A DNA stretch of 64,000 bases from Trichoplax adhaerens (taxonomy: Eukaryota > Animalia > Placozoa), in contig NW_002060954.1 of NCBI RefSeq assembly GCF_000150275.1, positions 1,054,001-1,118,000 of the forward strand, given 5' to 3'. The notes under the pieces are model-generated. The model was given only the letters and a program-made list of their open reading frames with translations. It ran no database searches and was not told where the DNA came from. The number at the start of each line of letters is the position of its first letter. Positions within the stretch are counted from its first letter, which is position 1. Shown here piece after piece: positions 54,753-64,000 of the stretch. The translations under genes were made by a program, and so were the position numbers.

Positions 54753-57700
54753 TCATAAATTCGTACTTGTAAATTGTCTATTATACAAAATTTGAGGGCA
54801 TGTGAGTATGATTAAAGAAACTCTAATTGTAATATAACAAATATACTATCAATACCTAATCATATCAGAAAATCGATCAAATCTATGGATGTTATTATGC
54901 CCAAGCTGAGTATCATCGAGTTTTTCTAAGACAACTTTTCCTGAAGATGCTGGTCTTGATTTAGCAGCTTTATATAACTGCAAGCAACGGTAGAAATAAT
55001 GCGAGAAATTATAATCAAATATTAAGTTATTATCCTACTAACAAGAATAGCAATTAACAAATGGCAAGTGCTAAAAAATCAATAATAGTGCAATCCAAAC
55101 CTCCTCAGCCAAAGAAATTGGAATAACTGCGTCTTGATTTGCATGGATTATCAAAATAGGGCAATGCACTCCACGAATCCTGGGATACGATCATTTCGGT
55201 TATACAAACTAAGTACTAATTACAGCTTATAGCCAAATATGTAAAATCGTTATTAAAGTACCTACCTTTCTTTAACCATGTATTCACCAGATACTACATT
55301 CAATACATTGGAATAATAGAATGGCAATATCTTAAGCGGCTGTTTAAAGATAGTAGCAAATATGATTAGAAGGTAGTGATGATTGCGTCATGTAAGTTAT
55401 TGCTTACATATTGCAATTACGCCTAATAGACGAAAATATCTTACATTGTATTTAGATGCTTACCTTACTGAGTATATGCCCATAGCAAGCTTCTTGTAGT
55501 GAAGAGAACGAACTTTGGATTATTACACCCTTTGGACATTCATCTGGGTATTCGAAAAATTAATTAACAGAATTATATTTGATGATTCTTCAGCAAGAAA
55601 TTAATTAAGGTGCAGTTTCGTTTAGTAACTCAAATAATATGACAAAGGTTCTCTTACCAGAGTCGCATAGGCGAGCTGCGACATTTACTGCAACACTGTT
55701 ATAGTAGAAGGTTTATCATAAAGGAATCATTAAGATTTTTTAAGTACCGGAAAAGGGATTATTAAAAGTAATGACAGTTCTAGATTGCGTAGTGCAACAT
55801 TTTCATAATTATCTATTACTTAAAAACTTACGCGCCTCCCAGTGAATGACCATAAATATATATTGGAGATGAACCGCTCCTCTGTTTAGTCCATTTCCAC
55901 AATGATATTCCATCTTCAGTCAGGCCTAAGCAATAGATTTAATTAATAAAGATATTGGTATTTCTACAATCGAAGGTTGTATACAGTACGAGATCTATTT
56001 TTACTGGATATTATGGTACATTATACTATGTAAATCATACCTTCCTCTGAAGGAATTCCAGAAGAATCTTCGTATCCTAATCAAGATCAAAAGCGATATA
56101 TTTAAGCGATTACAATCTACATTTTAGTCTTCATATAGTAGAATTTTAATACGTAAAATTAGATGACAACCTCTGATATTATATCATCTGTATACGAAAG
56201 TACGATGTATCACAGCAATATCAGATAATAATGTCTTCTGTTAACAATCATAATCAATCGTTATTACCTCGATAGTCAACTGTAACAACGTGGTAATCGA
56301 AGGAAGAAAATCTCTGTAGTTTACAAAAGCGGAAAGTCACTTAATATTCTATCGCCAGGAAATTTAAAAGGATGTCCAAGATAAATTTTAAAATTCAAAG
56401 CAACTAACCTTATATATTTCTATCCTATGATAAGACGCTCTAAAAAATTTTACATGGAATTAATGGATATATTTATCATTAGCCAGATTAAATTCAAATG
56501 TTTAGTACAAATTTATATCTATTAAACGTTGTAGCAATAGCTTGTAATATTTCACAAACCAAGAATTACTAACCTAGAGCCCGAATTACCATGGAAATAA
56601 ATAAAAATAGGTTTGCCTGATTTCAGGCTATTATCGAAATCAATCTGGTCGTCCACAGTTGGAATCAAACTCTTAGGGAGAACGTGCCTAATTTAAGATA
56701 TTGTAGGAGTATTATAAGTTATAATTTATGCGCCTTTAAATAAGACACCTTGCAGAGTGAAAGGTAATAAATTTACAGATTATATAGCAATGAGCATAAC
56801 GTATGGTATTAATTGACCATGGATTTGACGTTTAAAGCAATCAAGAATACTTAGTAATGAGATAGAGAGTGCACGACTATAGTATACGTCAGGAAACAAT
56901 ACTCTTCTGTATATTCTCTAAACATCGATGCGCGTACTGCTGGAGACTATGTGTTGCGTACTAATTATGGTTACATCTCATGAGTAAAATGATACAACGT
57001 GCGAACACAGTTCCTGCTGTTCTTACCAAGCACCCAGGAATTCATTATCACTTGTTTTCACCATAAAATTTCTGGTTCCAGTCATGCCAAACTGTTGGGG
57101 CTGAGAAGCATTAGAAAAAGGTATACGAACTGTAGGAAGAAAATAAATGCAAAAGCTGGGCTTAATTATTAAGTCAAATTTGTAGTTTACATATTTGTAC
57201 ATATAAACTAAACTTAATCATTGTGCTACATGCGTATACTGTAGTCAAAATAAAAATCCTAATTTACTACAGTATGATGAATATATGTGTGTACATACAG
57301 TAAATTGTAAATACGACATTATCACATACGCATATCATTCGATTTTGCACAGTCAACTGTTAAACACTTGACATCATAAAATGTCATTCTAGCTGCCAGT
57401 GTTTGTGTTAGAACACATTCTCAGTTCAAGGTAATTACGATTTACTGGCAATTGATTTAAATTTTATGCAATACAGTACAGGAATCGGTGCAACAACGTG
57501 CGTTGAACTCGATTTTTAAATTTAAAGGAATATCAAGAGGATTCGTAAGATTTCATTAGCATAATAATGTCAGCTGTACAGCACAGAGCTGGGTTATGCC
57601 TGTACAGCATGTTGTATCCCTCCTTACCGTAATGCATGTAGAGCAGATGTAACCGAAATGTCGGACTGCACATAATAAGGAAGATGATAAAGGCATAGAA

Positions 57701-58227
57701 CAGGAAGACAGAAAGGATTGCATAGGCTATCCTCCTAACGTACCGAAGAAAGTATGCAATTTAATAATACGTACACAGTATGCTACAAATATCAAAATGA
57801 TAGTACTGTAGTTGATAGAAAGAGAGCGATATTTTCGTATAAAGTACAGTTGGTGTACTGAGGCTAATATAATAAGTGATCAGCCGATGTTGCAAAATTT
57901 AAAAATGTCTAAATTAGAAAGGGCTGTTGCTATTTTGTTTTTTTTCAAAACTTACAGTATTGCACTGTACGTATACTGTATACATACCGTATAGTCGTAT
58001 GTAATAACATCTAACATCTACGAAAGTCGTAAATTTATACTCCAAATGTGGTTCGTGAATCAATTATTAATTTTTCGGTAAACGGTATATAAGACGGACG
58101 GGTACCTTAAGCAATCGTTACCATTAGAAAGTTTTTCTTCTTCCTGTATTTTGTTCTCCATTCGCCTTCTGTCTAGGCGGTTGACATTATTAAGATCTGT
58201 TTGATCGTTTAGCTGGCGACGTTTCAT
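54753..58227 (-). CDS. ABHD12: Alpha/beta hydrolase ABHD12 (lysophosphatidylserine lipase-like), type II membrane protein
   Basis: N-terminal TM segment (IAYAILSVFLFYAFIIFLIM), FLGAWHVLP, PIFIYFHGNSGSR, YHVVTVDYRGYEDS, nucleophile GHSLG, PILIIHANQDAVIP (catalytic Asp) and LGHNNI (catalytic His). Stop TGA at 54755-54753. Confidence 0.92.
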
Positions 58228-58724
58228 GATTGGCACTGCAATTCTTGGAGGGATTAATGAAGATAACGTTAGCTACAGCTCGATAACAACGTCGAAAATA
58301 TTCGAAAGATTAAAGACCGAACGACTATTATAGTTCACAATATCAACATACAGTATCAAGCGATGGCAAATTAAAAATAATATATACCATATGCGGTTTA
58401 AATTTTATTCTACGGTGCACCTATTTTAAGAACTTAGGCGAATTTCTCCAAATAGGACGAGCCTAGTCAGCCAATCGTGCAATGTTCTACTGTACACACT
58501 AGGTATTTTGTTGTGAAATAGTTACTGTTACCCTGGTCAAGGCGGTGCATAACCAGATTACCATTACAATTACAGTACAATTAATACAAGCATTGTTCAT
58601 GTCTTGGTCCAAGATATTTTTATCAACTTTTTAGTGTTGTCAAGAAACTAGTGTGATCATCACAGAGGTGGTGTTGACTAGTTACGAAATCTAGGTCTAG
58701 AATTGCTGGATGCATGATTTTGCT

Positions 58725-58764
58725 TTCGGCGATGGCTATAATAATAATTATAGCCATCGCCGAA
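58725..58764. repeat. Perfect 18-bp inverted repeat with a 4-nt loop
   Basis: TTCGGCGATGGCTATAAT-AATA-ATTATAGCCATCGCCGAA; the arms are exact reverse complements. Confidence 0.95.
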
Positions 58765-59939
58765 TTCAGTTGTGCTTCAATGCCAGCTATAACAATTCAC
58801 TATTGGTATTATAATTATTATTATTATACTGCTCTGTTGTACCATACTAAAGCACAGTATGGACATTGTACAGTATAGCAAGATACTATGGTAATGAAGT
58901 AAGTCCTAAATTGTACTTTCGTTTACTGTATTAAGAGGCATTGCAGTAATTCACACTACAAGCCATCAAGATTTTTTTCATCTTGTACAGTACATGCTAA
59001 CAAATTTCCCAACACTAACTGCAAATACTATAAGCGTTATTGGACTTGATCCAATCGTTTCTTACAGTTAATGTAGAAGGAATTAGAAAGTTCGGTAGAG
59101 AAAGACTTTACCTTATTTGTGCTTATTAAATGGTGAACAGGATGCCGACAGGAAAGGATGAGGAAAGGCACGGACTATTTCTGCAAAACTTACGTCGTCA
59201 CCGACTTATCACAATCAATGATGGCAAGGCTTAATATGGTCAGAGTCTACATCGAGTCAAGACGTTGACTCTTAGACTCGTGCATGATGACCTTTTCTAT
59301 TGTGACTTTTGGCATGTTATTGTTTTCAAAGTAATGCCTGGTTTCTGTTGGCCTGCTTAAGAGTCATGTGACAATGCAATGAACACATCAAACAATGCAA
59401 TCATCACTACGCTACTGAACGAACAATAGTTGCACGCAGGATTGAAAGGTTTTGTCCAAAGTTGGGCATGCCGTGGGCATTGCTGAACCACTTACTATTT
59501 GCAGTTCAACGGTACTTTTTATATTTTTGTGTTATTATTTTTTTTTTTATTTCAATAGCGGGAGTTCTTTGGCTGGTATTTGCAGTGTAAGTACTTCTTA
59601 TCCTGCAATCGTTGTCATTTTCAACAATCCTTGCTAAGGAATTCCCGAAAAAACTTCCACCAAGGCATTGACAATCAGAAAAGGAACACTTTTATGGCCT
59701 TATCATCTTTTGCTAGAGCTTTAGTACCCTAATTGTAGGATACTTTCAGGACGGACTTTAGTACAGCAAAACTCTAGAATATGTACTTGCGTGGTGTATC
59801 AAGTCCTTCAGTCTTATACAGCTCAATAGATCTCTGTATGCAACACTACATAGAATCGATTCCTAAAACTTGGAGCTTTAAAAATTAAAAAATTTTTTAT
59901 AATAGTGGACCAGTAAACAATAGTAATATCCATCTGTAA

Positions 59940-60071
59940 TGTACTGTACAGTACAGTACAGTACTGTACTGTACACTCAGGTACAATAAACGTCTCCGCA
60001 TTTATGCGCAGGCGTATTCATGATGCAGAAAAACATTTTCTACATGTACAGTACTGTACTATGCACTGTAC
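59940..60071. repeat. TACTG/CAGTA pentamer array on the ABHD12 side of the divergent ABHD12/GINS1 interval
   Basis: gtactgtacagtacagtacagtactgtactgtacac and gtacagtactgtactatgcactgtac. Confidence 0.82.
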
Positions 60072-60482
60072 ATTGGACTATTGGACTATTGGAAGAAGAT
60101 ATCGACTGATCACTCTTGGACGGACAGACCTATTCGGCCTCATTTCGTCCAAATATTGTTCTAAACGCTTCATTATAACAGTACTTTAGTACGCAGATGG
60201 TCGATTTTACATTGACTAATTTTTTCTAAATTAGCAGTAAGTACAGTACAGTAATATTACGCTCAATCTTATTATCCGTCACTAAGTTCTGCATGGAAAT
60301 AGCTATGTAAGATCGTACATGGTATTTCAATTAACACCAATTTTTTAGAAAACAGACACGAAAGATCCATACTACATTAAGTAGTCATATTTCGAAATTC
60401 ACGGTCTCATTCGGTAAAATAAAAGTCCGTCTGTTGTCCATCTGGTCTGTCTGTATAGTAGTACAGGAGAGAAGTTCTTACC

Positions 60483-60600
60483 GTACTGTACAGTACTGTA
60501 CTACAGTATACAGTACAGTACTGTACTGTACTGTACAGTGTACAGTGTACAGTACACAGTACTGTAGTCGAAGATACCTTTTTTACAGTACTGTACAAGT
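60483..60600. repeat. TACTG/CAGTA pentamer array upstream of GINS1
   Basis: gtactgtacagtactgtactacagtatacagtacagtactgtactgtactgtacagtgtacagtgtacagtacacagtactgtag ends about 100 bp before the ATG; a further cluster sits in intron 1 (60850-60890). Confidence 0.88.
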
Positions 60601-60697
60601 TGACTGTATTATCGCATTCAAAATCGAATAAGTTCACTTTTAATAATTTTAATTTTGCAGTAATAGCTAATCTTGAATCCCTGTATACAAGTATACA

Positions 60698-63600
60698 ATG
60701 TTGGCGGAGCAAGGCCTTGAATTAATTCGAGAGTTACAACGTGCAAGCGATTATGTCATACCTTCTTATAATGTAATTTTGGACGTAATACGTAAATTTA
60801 AATCATCTATTAATACTGTACTTTTATAATCTTATACTTATTTTAGATTACTGTACTGTAAATATACAGTACAGTACAGTGCAGTATACTACGGTATATT
60901 AACTCGTACGATCATTCGAATTATTAGGAGGATGGAATTAGGCAAGTCATTGAGGAAATGCAGAGCCTCTTTCAACGAAATCAGGAAGATGTGTTAGTAC
61001 TATATTTATATTTATGTACGCCTTCTACTATTGATCTGATGTATGAATCAAATGAACATTACGCTTTATAAACTATGTTGTAAAACTTTTACAATTTATC
61101 ATTAATTTCAAAAATTATTTACGCGCGAACATTATCTGTTTTGCACGTCAATGTTGTGGACATTGAATTATCGAATTGCTCTATTGTAGCATCAAACTGC
61201 CAGAATAATTCAGATAGTAAAGTATGCCATGGTCTATCAAATTTCGTAATTATCATTTATTATGAAACCAATATGGTATTTTAAGATGTCTTATCCATTT
61301 AGTCAGTCGTAGTGCGTTGTCTTACAGCCAATAAACTCATCAATTTTGGTAAAAATTGATGAAACTATGATCGCAAATTCCGTTACAATTGATTGCAGAA
61401 GCTAAAATTATATTCGCCCGCATATGTATATTGCCGTAGACTTATACAAATCTTACCGGCCATGTGTGTATAAGCGATCATATTTTACCATGTTTTGATT
61501 ATTACATCTATACAGGCATATACATGTCTATAATCTCTACTATTCTTCCAATCCTAAGTAATTATCATCTGAAATATACTCGAATTTAACGGACATTAAT
61601 ATTAGCGTAATAACACGAAACGAATCTACTACTGTATATTACTATACGTAAACTACTACTATATCTAGTTCTTACTAAGTGTGTATTAATTCTCCTCAAA
61701 TTTAGCTTAATCAAATCTGATTAAAAACTGATATGTACTAACCTTGCTTGTGATTTATGTATGTTTACAGTAACGCCACTATTGCTGGTAAAAACGGCCT
61801 ATTTTCTGCTATACAGCTACGACATGCTAGCCTAGAAAGAAATAAGCGGTGCTTACTTGCTTATGTGTAAGTGATAACGTAGCAGTGCTATTACGAATTT
61901 TCAGATTGTAAATCAGAATAGAGTATATTTGTTAGCATCTAACCTTAGTTATTTGGCAGTTGTATCTGTTCGCTAATTAACACATAAGAATTTACATTCT
62001 ATATTCTTATCGTACACGGTAAAATGTATTTACAACGGTAAATACATTATACGACAATATGCCTCATTCTAAATAGTGCAATACAATTTTATGATCGCGG
62101 CCCAAATACAAAGTCCTATACTGTCTAAGTTATGTATTATGATGTGTTTTTATACAAATACTTAAAAGTTATGTAGTGAATCAATATTAAGAATACTAAA
62201 ATGAGCTATCTTACATAATTATGACTATATAAAGTCTTGCCTAAGCAACTCACTTTAATATTATGGAAATACGTGTATATTGCACCACATATAACTCGTG
62301 AATCCTGCAGTCTTGTCGTTATGCATTAGTGTCTGCAGAGACCACCTGATCTATAATATCAGCTTTACTATATTATTGGAGATGTTTATTATTGATTAGA
62401 AATAAATTTTTTGAGAATTAAAGCGAATTTATCCTACATTCGTCTAATTTTCGTGCAGCTATGAGAGAATGCAAAGACTTCGCCAGCTAAGGTGGGAATT
62501 AGGGAGTGTATTGCCTGCTCATGTTAGAGATAACCTGTGCGAATTGGAGGTAAAAGTATTTTAGCTAGATATTTTAATCCTTTATTACTTCTGATCATTT
62601 TTTATGTACATGCTCAATTACGATATGATGAGTAGTGCTTCAATGTCAACCGTGCTTAACTTATATAAAAGTATAGTCTCCACCAATTCTACAATCGTGC
62701 GAGAATATAATTCTTGCAAGTTTTAAATTAAAATACAACGATCTTATTATCATTATTGTGAACTATATAACTGGGTGAAATTTTGGAACTATGTGTTACC
62801 CAAGTATAATGTAACTACATTAGCAATGTAATACTGCACAGCAGTGCAATATACCAATAATAGGCGTCAGATTTATATCTATTGTAAAGCTAAACAGTTA
62901 TAATTTCTGATTACAATCCGATATGTTATATCTGCATACAATCTTTAACCATGTGGCACTATTTCATATTAAATAGGGACGTTAAACCTCTAAGTAAAAT
63001 AGATACGTAATCATGTAACTATTGTCTTTCAGGATTGTAGCGTGATTGATGCTTTCTATTTCTAATGGTATCATACTATTCTCATGCTTCGTTTCTAACA
63101 TGATGCAGTCACAGTATGCCAGCATAAGTAAGCTGGCATACCCTGAGCTTGATTGTTATAATTCTGCACTAATAGCTACATTTTTTACTTTTTAATTACT
63201 AGAAACAATGGTTCACGAATTACAGTAAGTCTCTTGTGAAGTATATGAGATCATTTGGTGATATTGGATTGGATTTAACCCAAGTAAATACATTAAGTAT
63301 ATTAACTATTTACTATACTCTATCTATAAAGTGTAAAGCATATAATTACGAATTATTAAGTAAGTTAAAATTTGTCTTTAGGACTTAAAGCCGCCAAAGT
63401 CTGTGTTTATTGAGGTAATCTAGTCCTGCAGTTTTCAACCTCATATATTACAATCCTGCATGGATGTCAATATTTACGCCTAATGTATGAATTGTTTCAG
63501 GTGCGATGCCTACAGGACTATGGTGAATTCGTAACAGATGATGGTGATGTTATATCATTAAAAAGAAATACACAGGTATGACTTGGAATTTAACTTGATA

Positions 63601-63946
63601 AGGTTCGGTAAATGCTCACTCAATTTCTGATTTGTGAACATTGGCGTAAGACCTACTGTGCTATCAAGATCATGACTATTTCGTATTACAGTTGTGCTTG
63701 CATATGAATTTGATGATTACTAGTACGTATATAAAGTATCTATAAACTACTACACACTCATTATGTAATATCTTGTCGTCATATACGGGTAAGTTCCTGT
63801 GTACTATCTGTATCATACGTATGTAACTTATTTTCGCAAGAGCATTATGATTCATTGAATATTTAAAATTTTAATTACAGCATTATATGAGACGGTCACA
63901 ATGTGAGCATCTGATAAGGCAAGGAATACTGGAACACATTAATTGA
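60698..63946 (+). CDS. GINS1: DNA replication complex GINS subunit PSF1, 8 exons
   Basis: MLAEQGLELIRELQR...PSYNEDGIRQVIEEM...[35 protein letters not shown]...[31 protein letters not shown]...CEHLIRQGILEHIN*. Stop at 63944-63946. Confidence 0.96.
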
Positions 63947-64000
63947 AGAAAATGCGAATTTGTAATTATACAATTCATGTCATATTGAATTTCTTTATCA

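Noticed and set aside
59306-59511. Plus-strand frame with an in-frame TGA (…RVM-U-QCNEH…) as a second selenoprotein
   Set aside because: No similarity to any selenoprotein family I know, no convincing start context, and no SECIS seen downstream.

Overview
AT-rich, gene-dense eukaryotic (animal) genomic DNA with many short GT-AG introns. The compact layout and gene set suggest an early-branching metazoan such as a placozoan (Trichoplax-like); this is an inference only. I assembled spliced gene models by hand for 13 genes, in order: alpha-spectrin (5' part, -), P2X receptor (+), a 3-hydroxyacyl-CoA-dehydrogenase-like Rossmann domain fused in frame to a C-terminal RING finger (+), an SLC25 carnitine/acylcarnitine-type carrier (-), BPNT1 (-), a PH-RhoGAP of the ARHGAP22/24/25 type (-), SCYL1 (-), selenoprotein W with an in-frame UGA and a 3'UTR SECIS (-), SDE2 with a GC-AG intron (+), an unrecognised 8-exon gene (-), CCDC32 (+), ABHD12 (-) and GINS1/PSF1 (+). 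Three things stand out. (1) The dehydrogenase-RING fusion has lost its catalytic residues and could be a metabolite-sensing E3 ligase. (2) Palindromic TACTG/CAGTA pentamer arrays mark most gene 5' ends. (3) The SelW locus has a non-canonical UUGA SECIS in a last exon that looks like a degenerate copy of the final coding exon. Exon boundaries were read by eye, and family assignments are from remembered motifs, not database searches.
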